Assembly: GCA_011109175.1 (NCBI GenBank)
Contig: RDEW01000001.1
Coordinates: 245,343-309,342, forward strand
Source: Dicyema japonicum
Lineage: Eukaryota; Animalia; Dicyemida
DNA: 64,000 nt
Direction of reading: 5' to 3'
Part shown: positions 1 to 11,609 of the stretch, piece after piece
Layout of the letters: every line of letters begins with the position of its first letter
Numbering within the stretch: position 1 is the stretch's first letter
Position numbers and translations under genes: made by a program
The notes under the pieces: generated by a model
Databases searched by the model: none
What the model was told of the DNA's origin: nothing
Seen by the model: only the letters and a program-made list of their open reading frames with translations

Positions 1-115
1 GATGATCGACTGTTTGCAGTTGCACAATCTATTTTAATATTTTTTCCTCAATTTTTAAATTCAGACTATACACAAGATAACTTTTGAACAACCCGTGAAA
101 ATTAAAAATGAAATG

Positions 116-1049
116 TTAATAATCAAGTAATATTAATCTAGTAGGTTCGATTGGTGTTTCCCTCCTCTTGTAGTGAACAGTGGCAATAATTATAATTGTA
201 GTAAAAATGATCGAAATAATACTACTGATTAGCACCGTTCGAATAATTGATTTACTTTTAACTGGAGTATTGAGATTTTGAATTATCTCTTTTCGAATTG
301 ACTGTTTAGTTATAATTTGAGTATAAACATTTGTAAATGTGGCTCTTTGTGGATGTGAGAATTATTAATAATAGGAATCGTCACTTTGAGTAGGGCGTTT
401 AATTATAATAGAAGTTTGGTTAATATTTCGATAGACTGTCTTATATGTATAATTTGAACAATATTGCCCTAAAATAAATAAGTACAATAACCCTGATATC
501 CAATTACTCTATTACTGATTATTTTGGTTCTAAAACAAGAAATATTGAGAGAAACGTCGGAAGAAAATTTTTTAAAAATAATTTGACAATATATTCAAAG
601 AGTTCATCAATCAATTGCCTGTGAAGGGTAATAGTATAATTAATATTATCTACGAATGAATAACTATATTTACAAATAGATAGTTTATCTTTCCTAGGTA
701 ATATTGCCCACCAGGCACCAAAAAGAACGTAAAATATAAAATAATATTTTGTGATGATAAAATAAGAATAATTTTATCTTTTAATGAAATTCTATGTAAG
801 TTTGAATTTACCTTATTAAATATGAAACTCATATTCTAATATTAATAGAAAATTACAAACTTTATGATCTTTCATGTATGTTACTTCTACAATTCCTCTT
901 AAAAATGCTTTATTTGTGCATTCCAAGGATTTAAATATTTCAAATTACACATTCTATGATAGTTATTTAAATCACCAAAGTCAACATTAGTATAAACCAT
1001 TTGATATAGAATTACAGGACTTAAAATAATTAATAATTCATGTCCACAT
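116..1049 (-). pseudogene. Single-domain LAMP-like type-I membrane protein gene (frameshifted; relative of the 42-64 kb array gene)
   Basis: Hand splicing of 21-24 nt GT-AG introns gives a signal-like segment (ELLIILSPVILYQMV), then CTNKAFLRGIVEVTYM|..IILYFTFF..QYYLGKINYLF|..YCQIIFKKFSSDVSLNISCFRTK..GYQG|QYC, a Thr/Ser/Ile-rich stalk, a TM segment (VLISSIISIIFTTIIIIATV) and tail HYKRRETPIEPTRLILLDY*. Several frameshifts are needed to join these. Confidence 0.5.
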
Positions 1050-1199
1050 AATGATAAGGTCATTTATAGGTTATCTTTTATTTATTTATGGGTTATTTTA
1101 TAATTATTAATAATATATAAATAAACTATTAATGTTATTAACTTTTTCCTTGTCTGTTTGGGCATTTAGTTGGTTGCTTCGTTCTATAACTCATTTTTT

Positions 1200-3430
1200 T
1201 GATTTGTTTGGAAAACAACTCGAATATCTCATCATTCGATTTTGGTTGGGGACATGAACGCAAAGCATGTTGATTATGGATGTGTTACAACAAATCAGGA
1301 TGGAAAATGTCTTATAAAGTGGATGGAATCAGGAGAATTGAAAATTTTGACGTCAGCAGAAATAAATCACTATGCAACTTATAGTGGTGATAAACTTGGA
1401 TTGTTCATAATGCCTCTGACGATGAGTGAAATGTGTGATCCTCCATATATCGAAAATGACATAGGAAGTGACCACATCCCACAAACGATTGAATTAAAAA
1501 CTGGTCCGGTTTACACACGACAGTTATTCATTGGATATGATGTCAGCAAAATTGATTGGAATCACTTCAATTTCTACATCAGGCTGAAAATTGGTAATGT
1601 TTGTGATTTGGGGATTTCGAAACCGGAAGATATCGACATTCTGGATAACAAAATAAGATCTTTGTTGTTAAGTTATCTGGAAAATTATGGAAAAAGAAAA
1701 AATCTGTTGCCGCAGGAAAATATGATAATAGGAGTAGAAGAACGCTCTTTGCGTCAGGAGAAGAATAAGTTAGAAAATAAATTAAAGAGGTGTTGGGATA
1801 TCTTCGACTCTCAAGAACTTAAAATGCAGATCAAGTTAGTGAAGAAGAAAATAATGGATGTTGTAAAGAAGAATGAAGAAAAAGTATGGAAAAGAGAATG
1901 TTCAAAGTTACGTCGACAGAACCCAAAATTTTGGAAACTATATGCAAGAATGAATTCTCCCAGTAATAAGAATGAAGAAATATCTCTCAAGTCAGATGAT
2001 GGTCTCACTATTCCAAAAGAAGAAATTCCAAATGTTTTACGTCGACAATTGTCCAAAATTCAAGAGATAGATCCGGCATCTTTTATTCCGATAGAAGTAC
2101 AAGATACAAGAAGTAGTTATAAAGAAAAGTCGAAACTGAGTGGTCCCTTGTGTCATCCTATAACGCTGGAAGAAATAAATGCTGCAATTAAGGGTTGCAA
2201 AAATAAAGCACCAGGGTGGGATTTTATCCCAATGAGTATTTTCAAGAACGCAGGCCCAATTTTGATTGAGTGCCTAAAAATATTATATAATTCTTCTTGG
2301 AGTTTTGGTCATGTTCCAGCTTATTGGAAACGAACAATTGTACGCATGGTTGTGAAAAAAGGAAAGCCAAGGTCAAAAGCAGATAGTTATAGGCCAATTA
2401 GCCTAGTCTGCTCAATATCGAAAGTTATGGAAAAAATTGTTTTCAATCGTCTATCAAGGCATGTTGAGGATAATAATTTTCTCTCTGATAATCAACTGGG
2501 ATTTCGGCATAAAAAAGGGACTGGAGATTGCTTTAAAGAGCTAAGATCTGCAATCGAAATTTCACGAAATAAAAAGGAATTTCTTACAATAGCATGTTTG
2601 GATATAACAAAAGCGTTTGACAGTGTTTGGCACTTTGGACTTGTTGATACGTTGTCAAAAGCAGAAATTGGGAAAACTGCGTTATTATGGATAGAAAACT
2701 TTCTTTCAAAAAGAAAGTCATATATACGTGTTGGAAATTTAATTTCAAAGAAAATTGAATTGCGAAGAGGAGTTCCACAGGGTTCAATTCTCAGCCCGCT
2801 ACTCTTCAATTGCGTAATGAGAGATTTGCCGAAAACAGAGAGCGTAAATAGTCAAATGATTATTTATGCTGATGACATTCTTGTGCTTGATTCAAGCATG
2901 AATAAACAAATTTCATGGAAAAGGGTGGAATCCCATATTACTAAGATTGGAAAGTGGTGCCAAAACAATGGGTTGACTCTATCGAGGGAAAAAACAACAG
3001 TCACTTGGATTGCAAGTAAAAGAAAAAATATTAATCAATGTGTGAATACTGGGGATATAAAAATCTCTGAAACATTGAAGTATCTCGGATTGTTGATAGA
3101 CCGAAGAGGATCTTTCAAGGAACATATTAAAACACGAAGAAAGAAAGCTACAGGAATGTTGAAATCTTTAATTCGATTTCATTTGGAGCCTGAAACTTTT
3201 CTTTTTGTGTATTCGGCGTGTGTTGAACCATTCTTGATATATGGTTATCAAGGATGGTTTAGAACAAAAGAAAGTGATGTCTTTGTCAAAAAATTGGAAA
3301 AGTCCAGAAGATTTGCGATTAAATTGGCATATGGACTGGACTTAAAATCTAATATCGAAGAGGATTACGACCTGAAAGTCAGAAAGATAGAAAAATTATT
3401 ACATCACTTATGGAAAATGTGATGTAATTT
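1200..3430 (+). mobile_element. 5'-truncated non-LTR retrotransposon (LINE, APE-type, Jockey/I-like)
   Basis: ORF starts inside the AP endonuclease (VGDMNAKH, GSDHIP) and continues through the reverse transcriptase; no ORF1 present. Confidence 0.9.
1242..3422 (+). CDS. LINE ORF2 fragment: APE C-terminus + reverse transcriptase
   Basis: Uninterrupted 726 aa with KAPGWD, YRPISL, QLGFR, LDITKAFDSV, GVPQGSILSPLLF, YADD and KYLG motifs. Confidence 0.93.
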   Translation: MVGDMNAKHVDYGCVTTNQDGKCLIKWMESGELKILTSAEINHYATYSGDKLGLFIMPLTMSEMCDPPYIENDIGSDHIPQTIELKTGPVYTRQLFIGYDVSKIDWNHFNFYIRLKIGNVCDLGISKPEDIDILDNKIRSLLLSYLENYGKRKNLLPQENMIIGVEERSLRQEKNKLENKLKRCWDIFDSQELKMQIKLVKKKIMDVVKKNEEKVWKRECSKLRRQNPKFWKLYARMNSPSNKNEEISLKSDDGLTIPKEEIPNVLRRQLSKIQEIDPASFIPIEVQDTRSSYKEKSKLSGPLCHPITLEEINAAIKGCKNKAPGWDFIPMSIFKNAGPILIECLKILYNSSWSFGHVPAYWKRTIVRMVVKKGKPRSKADSYRPISLVCSISKVMEKIVFNRLSRHVEDNNFLSDNQLGFRHKKGTGDCFKELRSAIEISRNKKEFLTIACLDITKAFDSVWHFGLVDTLSKAEIGKTALLWIENFLSKRKSYIRVGNLISKKIELRRGVPQGSILSPLLFNCVMRDLPKTESVNSQMIIYADDILVLDSSMNKQISWKRVESHITKIGKWCQNNGLTLSREKTTVTWIASKRKNINQCVNTGDIKISETLKYLGLLIDRRGSFKEHIKTRRKKATGMLKSLIRFHLEPETFLFVYSACVEPFLIYGYQGWFRTKESDVFVKKLEKSRRFAIKLAYGLDLKSNIEEDYDLKVRKIEKLLHHLWKM

Positions 3431-3771
3431 TTGGGGTCCAAACGAAGTAGAGACATGTGGTGTCTCATAAAATGACCCTACACGATGAATACAAACCCAC
3501 TTAATTAGTTTTGGTTCAGGTTTTGGTTTCTTTACAGTAATTAGTTTTGGGGTTTGTTAGAAAATAAAATTTGTCTTGTCTTGGTCTTGAACAACAGTAG
3601 GCTCCGTGGTGCCACTGGAGCTACAATACAAAGGAATATATTACAAGGTTGAGAAACATACTGCAGGCCGAATAGAAATATTCTACAAAAACGAAGGAAC
3701 CTTTTGGGGGACGCAGCAGCAAAATGGTCAAAATCTCCGGATATTTTCCAAGTTGGACCTAGTACCCACAC

Positions 3772-3988
3772 CAATTGATCCCTACATTCGTATCCGGGTC
3801 TACACGGGACTTTGTTAGCCAGGCCATTGATCTCTACAGGACCTGGACTACTGTGGATGTCATACTCGAGTTGGCACTTACAGGGGGTACCAACATTAAT
3901 TGTTCCCTAAATTCGAATTGGGATCTACATGGGACTTTGTTAACCACATCATCGGTCCCTGCAGGACGGTTTGGGACCACCGTGGAAT
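3772..3988. repeat. Degenerate ~125-bp tandem duplication
   Basis: aattgatccctacattcgtatccgggtctacacgggactttgttagcc versus aattgttccctaaattcgaattgggatctacatgggactttgttaacc. The minus strand reads KVPCRSQFEFREQL and KVPCRPGYECRDQL. Confidence 0.6.
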
Positions 3989-5779
3989 AACATACTGGGG
4001 AAAGGACCTACAAAGGGAGAACTAACTGGAAATGGGCGTACTGGCTTTGTACCTACAACGTTCTGGAGATAAATTAGTAATTCGATGGATATCAAGGATA
4101 AGGGTACCCGGAGGAACTGTCCATGCCAACCGGCGGAGTTACCTATTCCATAACTTGTTGTTTTAATTCATTTTCAAATTTCAATGAACAACAGTCGTCC
4201 AACACTTGTGAATACTAAAATTTACCTCCAGGATTTTTTGATTTGCTGAAGGGGGTTTTTGTATTATTTTTTGAGGTTGATTTTTCATCTTAGTCTTTCG
4301 AAATGTGATTGACTTTTTTGGGTATTTGATAGTAGATCATCCATTATCCAAAATTGTAGTAAATCCTTGTGCTACTCCATTTTTATCTGGATGTCTCTAC
4401 TCTAAACGACTTTCTGTAGATGTACGGAATCATATTTACCTGAGGATGTAATACCACGGACTCTCCTCCCAATAAGTGTTATGGTCACTGAATTAAATGT
4501 AAATTACCCAAAGTATTGATTTCTAATCGTATATCACCCTCGACTTAGTAAACCCCACATTTCCTCACGATCGCTATCGAGGTCAACTGGAGAGTCACTT
4601 TGTTTCACGAACGTCATTTTTTCTGAGTGTAGCCAGACGTCCTAGGCTCTTGAGAAAATATAGACTTATGCTTCACTTTTGTAGACAAAATAGTACATAA
4701 CGTGAACAGATTTGAAAGTCTTTGTATGTCATTTTACCTATATACCTTTTTTTCCTCGATTGTACTTGTACCACACCCGACGATGTTAAATAGAGAGTAC
4801 AACACATATGGACTCACATACTAGTGACTTACTCTATTTGCCGTTTCCATCTAGTGACTTAACTCTTGTCCAAGCCTACATCCTCCACCATTGTAGCGAG
4901 TCAGACAGACTCCAGTGATGTTTGACAATATCATTAAGTGAAGTATATCTCGGAATCTCGCCGCGTTTATTTAGAAAGAAATAGCATGTTGTCCATATGC
5001 ATCGATCGTTTTACTACATATTTCAAACTCATTGATTCTTTCCCCGCTTCACCCGTGAATCCCAGTATTGATTCAAACATTTCAGTGTTATGTCAAATTT
5101 ATCTTCACTTTCGACTTTTTAGGTAATCGCAGACATTTGAGTACTCTGTATATGAACATTTTGACTGATGGTTTTCTGGAGTTCAAAATTCGGGGCGTAA
5201 TTGATCTGTAAAAGAGTACGGAAATAGTTGTTTGGCCCCGATATGGCTATCAAATTTGACCTTGCAGAGATTCGGTAGGTTAACGGAAAATTTGTTTAAG
5301 GTGCACGCGAATTACATAGTTCAGTTTTTAAGTTGACATGCACTCCCTCAAAATGAAGAGGCATATATGTGTGCCCTTCATTTCCACACCTATGAATTTT
5401 GTTCCGTTCTTTTGTTTTAAAGTGTGTACAAATACTGAAGTCTTCGATTATTTGGTAATATCGAGGGCACTGCTACTCCTCAGTCTCCAAAATTGCCGTC
5501 CTCTATGTGACTGCAAATCTTTGACTATGAGAAAAAGATTGGACTCAGTGCTCATTTTCTTAGTGATCTCTCACGTGTAAAACTGTCAAAAAGTTGTAAA
5601 TGTTTTGAAATGTGGTGTTTTTAAATCTACTACCTACACTCAATAGAGCAATCAGGCATTAATTGTTGTTGCTCTAATATTAAAAAATAAAAAATAATTT
5701 ATTAAATGTAATACAAAATCATATCTTTTTGTCACGAGGTCTGTATGGACGTTTAGGTCTGGGATAATAATCAATATGT

Positions 5780-8394
5780 CTATAATAAACAAAAAGGTAA
5801 ACTGTGGTCTTTGTTGAAAAAGCTGAGGTCGTTGATAGTATCTGTAATAAGTTGGTGGAATTGTGCCTGACTAATGGGTGATTGATTATGTGAAGGACTA
5901 ATCATAGACCTAAATCTTCTATTTTGGAAAGCATTATTGCAATTGTTTCGTTTATTCAATTGTGCAGCAAACATCTTCTTAAAGTCACTGCAATAGATGG
6001 CCTTGCATTGATCATTAAAGCATGTTTGAATATGTGTTTTGTAGATATTAATAAGTTTGTTACATGACTTGCAACAAGTTCCAAGATGACATGTCCTGTA
6101 ATGTGGAATCAAATAGTGTCTGAATTTCCAGCAAGTCTGATTCTTGCAATTTGCATTATTGCAGGTGAGAATATGATCAAAGTTAGGTGCATTGTTATTA
6201 TAAATTTTGATTAATGGGTGATTATGTGTAATACTATTAAGACATGTAGAACACAAATCAAAATCCTTGCATATAGTACAGTGATGTCTCTGAATAGTAA
6301 TAGTTTTGTTACAATTATTACAATAGTAAGGATTAGATGATAAATGTAAATCAATAAGAATAGAGAACGTAGAAAATTTGGCTCTTCTATATGATGAGAA
6401 TTCATAATTTTTATCTCTACAATAAGTGAGGAAGGAATCTCTAGTATCTGTGATATCCGAATGAATGACTGGATCAGGATCAGTTATAGTCGTAATATTG
6501 CTGTTTAATTCAATCACAAAAAATAAATTTTTGTGTTTATCCAAAGTATTTAAAAATAAATCATTAATAGTTTTCTTATTTTTCTTCTAAAAATATAATA
6601 AAAGATTACATCAAATTGTAATTTAATAATTTCTTCAAATCTACAAGGCCAGAAATCCCCATCAAAGTAAGGTATTTGATTTGGTGAATAATTCATATCA
6701 ATAACATGGGTATTCAAATCCTTTATTAACAATATAATAATACCTGATATCCCCTAATAATATTTTGAGTTATTGCACTATTCAACATCACTTTATACCA
6801 ATCTGATAATTTCTTTGCATTGGGAATTTTTTGTTGTGGTGGATGTGAATGAAATATGTAGTCATCTCTGTCAGACGGAGGACATGCCCAAATATAAACC
6901 CTCAAAAATCATAATAAAAATATAAAAATACCCCATATTGCGTACATAGTCCATATATGATATTAATATTTCATGATATATCCGTGTTCTAATGAATTGG
7001 CATGATAAATAATTAACACTATCCAAATATGCTATATATACACATCTATTATTAGGACTAGGACAGTCTGATCCATACTCCTGTATTTGCAATGAAAAGA
7101 ACATTATTTCAACATCATTCTCTTCCTGTATAAAATATATAGTCTTTAATCTATATCCATAACTCTCTTCTCCCTTATATTTTTCCTTCATATATGGCTT
7201 CACTACACTTTTCTTTTCTGTACACGAAAGTACTCGCACATGAATATACAGTCCACTTGGTAATAATCTATTTATTCTATCCTCAATGTAATCACTCACT
7301 CTTGTTCTTCCAAGGTCTTTATTATAATATGTATATTACTTTTAGCTCTAAATCTGTTTACTTGTCTCTCTCCATTACACTCCGCACATACATAACCTTC
7401 TCTATACATATTCTCATTATACATCACACAAATCTCATGTAAACGACGGTCACATTCTTTACAAACTACAAACTTTTCATCCACCAATATATTATTATTG
7501 CATTCTTTAAACTCTGATTTATGAATATTCACAATATATTCTCCTCCCTCGTTATAACACTTTGAACAATATATTTCACTATTCCTTTCATAATACGTAC
7601 AGTCCCCACCAATCTGACAACCATTTATACAATATAGCATTTGTAAATTATATGTCATCTTCTTACCACAACAATATTTTAGCCTATTCTTCATTCCCTC
7701 ACTTATTTCAGTCGTAAATAATGACAATATTTTTATTGATGACTTGTATATTGCATGCTTACTGTTGTTGTACTCTTGCGCGTTCCTTACCATCAAATTA
7801 AAGTCTTCTATTATATCCCACGGACATACATACAACGATCGTAACAATTTATTATATATTGTCGACAAATCCATTCCTTTTTTAATAATATCATAATAAT
7901 TCTAGCATTATACACACATATATTACAGGGGCTCCATCCCTTTCACTGTTTACTGGCTCTCGAAATGCTATCCACTCTTCACTGTTCTTTAGTTTCTCTA
8001 TCACCGGCATAAACACTTCTTTTATTAATTCTATTCTTTTACTTTTCTACACATTTCACATTTTCATTACCTCTTTACTCTTTATAAATTCTTTATCATT
8101 CTTAAACTTTATACATAAATCTAACATTATTATACACTATACCATTCAGTTCCCTTGTCGCATTACATACTATATCTAATATGTTAATGATCACTTAACC
8201 TCCACACCCTTCACAACTTGTCATGTGGTCTATAAACCTCTTCATTCGCTTACAACTGTCCATACAACCATTACATACGACTGCGTGATTGTATAGTTTT
8301 ATATATATTGGGGACTATTATTTTATTGGAATAATACTTTATCTATTGTATCGTCTATTTGACGGGTTTTATTGAATTTTCGCTCAATGTTCAT
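5780..8394 (-). CDS. CREBBP: Miniature CBP/p300-family histone acetyltransferase (TAZ1-like, bromo, RING/PHD, KAT11 HAT, ZZ, TAZ2), multi-exon
   Basis: Spliced reading: bromodomain (AFREPV..P|NYYDIIKKGMDLSTI..NAQEYN), PHD (CKECDRRLHEICV), HAT (YIAYLDSV, YHEILISY, IWACPPSDRDDYIFH, LSDWYKVML, PYFDGDFWP), ZZ (YYCNNC..HHCTICKDFDLCSTC) and TAZ2. Introns at 7902-7926, 7317-7339, 6910-6931, 6721-6743, 6587-6609. The TAZ1-like 5' part (about 8000-8394) needs frameshifts. Confidence 0.92.
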
Positions 8395-10448
8395 TTGCTG
8401 CCAATCCTTAACATAAACTGACCACAAAGACTAAGTATATTTATATATTTATTTTATTATAAATAAATATTTTTATTATTTTTATAATTTATGTTTATTT
8501 TTACTCCATTTCATATTAAAAATTTTAATTTAATTAATATAATTAATGGACACCTACCTCACCTTGAACAAATTCCGTACGCTGACGTGCAATTATTAAT
8601 TAAGCGATATTATGACGGCGATACTCCGTTTATTATAATTGACACTATTATTGATATGTTGCAAATTTATACTAATCCTATCAAGATTTAATTAAATTTT
8701 GTGAATAATAGTATTCTTTTACTTCCTATTACTTTAATTATCTGTCTGAAGCTACCCAGAAAATGGCTTTCAAAATTACGATCAATCAGAATCCTCTACA
8801 GAGGGACTTCTTGGTAAACCGTTTGTTTACTGTTTGGACAACACTCTTTTTACCAAAATACGTATGTATACTGGATGATACAAAGGATGCCCTTTGTTCT
8901 TTGCAACTTTTCTGAGTTTTTCAAATCACCTTTTTGAATTTCCAGAATTTGTTCTATATCCGTTTATTGCGCCATAGTTGACCGATTTATGTGTGCGCCC
9001 GGTATTTGCCCACTTAATAGCCGATGGTCTCATACAAATTGTGGCATGGGTTATTTAACTAACCAAGTTGCAGAGAGAGGGACTTCTGAAAATTTTTACC
9101 CTCCGACGTCTCTGGAATCCGTGAAAACCGAAGAGAATGCTTTTCAATTATGAGCATTTGGTTGTGTGTTTTATAAGAGCTTGTATGGGGTCGAGGGAGG
9201 AGCTTCAGGGTGAGATGACTTCTAGTGGAGCTTCTTGGTATCACGTGAGTAGCTGGTTTAGTATTACCGTGGTTTTTGAAGTAATGTTCGAGGTTTTTCG
9301 TTTCTCCAAAAAATCAGGAAACCCACTTGAGAAAAATTTGTACTTGCCGAGATTACTGATCATTCTTAAAAAATAGCGAGTTTATCTGCAGAAATTCAAG
9401 AAGACATTTACAGACCACTTGTGGAGGTCCGGGAATTACTAGTACTGGTATCACTTAAATAGAGATCTTTATTGGTGATCTTATGAGTAGAGATTAATGA
9501 ACTGTATATTTATTAACCCAGGGTACACCGAAAAGTTAAAAACCAACACTAATTAACTGCATCTAGTCCCCATGTTCACAGAAAACCTTTCAATGTCTCC
9601 CTAGGCCATTCAGAACTAGTGGAAAAAAAGAAAATGCCGATCCCTTGCAGTTTGGGGGACCTCTAGCAGAGTGGACGAGATTAAGTGATCATTTTCTTAC
9701 CCTCGTGCAACTGTGTGTCATCTGAAATGGGTGGATCACATGACACCACTCTATAGAAAAAGTAAAAAAAAAGGAAAGAAGAGATTAGCCTGCGGAGGAT
9801 TCCCATGACCAGTCTTAAGCTCAATACAGTAATAGTCCCCACTACTAACCTAATAGTTAATGATGTCTGTTATTGGTGGTAGAAATAGATTCCATAATCT
9901 AATCATTCATAAATTAAGCTCAATTTCTGAGGATCATAACATTTTGATTATAAAGTTGACTAACTCACATTATTGCGTATAAAAAATCTGATTTAAATTT
10001 GCCAATTTGATATTGCTTCTTATTCAGGTTAACATTGCAGCAAAAATTAATAATCTTGTTTTCGTATTGATGTTGGAATTAAAAAGGAAGTTAGGTGAAT
10101 TGTTATATTCTCGTAAATCCCTTTTAAAGAGTTATTTATAAGTCCTCTATTTTCTCGTTCGAATGTCCTTGTCAAACTGACTTGACAGCTTTTGGTTTGA
10201 AGTTATTAGAACTCGTCTTATTTTTGTCCGGGACATATGTGTTAGCAAATATTTTGTAAGGTAAGATAATCAGGATGACTTTATGAGGCGACCAACAACT
10301 TTAGCTCACCAGCAAGCACACCACAGGTATATGAATGCCCATTACTCTCTGAGATGGGATTTTTAATCTCATTCGCCATTTTATTATAAAATGTTAGTTT
10401 TGTGTGTTGATTAACTTCTGACGTCATCATGAAGAAAGCTGGCAACTA

Positions 10449-10902
10449 TTAGGATGTTTGCCGTTGTAAATCTAGAGTTCTGACTGCCAAAAGATCACGA
10501 ACTCTCATCTTTCCGAAATGGATGATATTCTGAACTTTTAATCTCAAGAAATCTTTGCCACTTATTTTGTGTTTTTCAAGTGCATGAATGGCACACGGAC
10601 ACAAAGTCATGAATTCTTTCGGTCCGGATTTGTATTTTGGACGGTAAGGAGATTTTGGGGTTTTATAGTCGATGACCGACACTTTCCTGCGACGAAGTCA
10701 ATGTTTATTTTAATTATCTTAAGACTATCAAGACCACCAAGAAAGAAAGTGTTAACTCACTAATTAAGTGATCCCAGCCTCCAACATCTCTTAAATTCTC
10801 TTCGAAAGCTCTGCCAGCCATCCAACTGCATCCTGAAGCGTCTTCTTTTATGTCTGCGAGGAATATTATTGCCGATTTGAATTCCTCAGCAAGGGCTGCC
10901 AT
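10449..10902 (-). mobile_element. Possible degenerate LTR-retrotransposon gag remnant
   Basis: Short ORFs with gag-like spacing (A..W....W..LISEL...F) and a C-x-IH..H segment; no pol and no LTR seen. Confidence 0.25.
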
Positions 10903-11234
10903 TTCTCAACGTCACCGGCTCTGAATGGACTAGGGATGGATATGGTGCCTGGTTGCTACTGCCACATGATCTTTCCCTTGAGAGAGTTCATTCGCTCGAC
11001 CTTCGAAGAAGAAAAAGCAAATCTCTAATCAGAATAGGTATATTCAGTCGTCAGCACAATATCTTGAAGATATAGTTTGCTAATAGGATCGAAGGGGCGC
11101 TTTTTACGATAGCTTTTAGGACGTTCGATATGTGTGAAAAGAAATAATTTAAGAACCACGTCACCAGTTCAACCAAAACAGGTTGGCTTAAGATTTCAAA
11201 TAAAAAATTATACTCTGGCACAATAGATGCCAAT

Positions 11235-11581
11235 ACGTATCGACATTATTGAATCAAGATGGAAACTATAAGGGCACGTGCTTAGAATGGACATAAACGC
11301 CCCTGCAAATATAATAATAGATAATTACTTTAACAATGAGAGCAAACCATCGTTAAGAGGAAGGCCTAGAGTCATTCTCCCTGTGACTCTAAACAAGTAC
11401 TTAATGGAATTAAAAGAAAACTTAAATCTGCAGAAGACCTAGAAGATCTACGAACAGATGCACACAGCAGAGGCCGATGGAGACGGCTAGTGAAACAAAT
11501 TTTGAAACGTGTGGCACAAACGGACCTTAGTTATGGAACGTTCTTTGGTTCTGTGAAAGTGCTTTTTAATAATAATAATAT
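11235..11581 (+). mobile_element. 3' end of an RTE-clade LINE
   Basis: IESRWKL*GHVLRM..RGRPRVILP..RWRRLV followed by a (taa)n tail. Confidence 0.8.
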
Positions 11582-11609
11582 TAGGACGTTCCATTTTTGA
11601 AGACCAATA

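Noticed and set aside
1811-2809. Minus-strand ORFs of 67-105 aa
   Set aside because: Antisense shadows of the LINE RT ORF; the same applies to + strand ORFs inside CBP and PKHD1L1.
4200-5600. Possible LTR-element protease/gag remnants (TILDNG, CIDRFT)
   Set aside because: Only 5-6 residue resemblances with no supporting context.
8491-8691. 66-aa ORF divergent from CBP
   Set aside because: No motif and very AT-rich; cannot be distinguished from chance.
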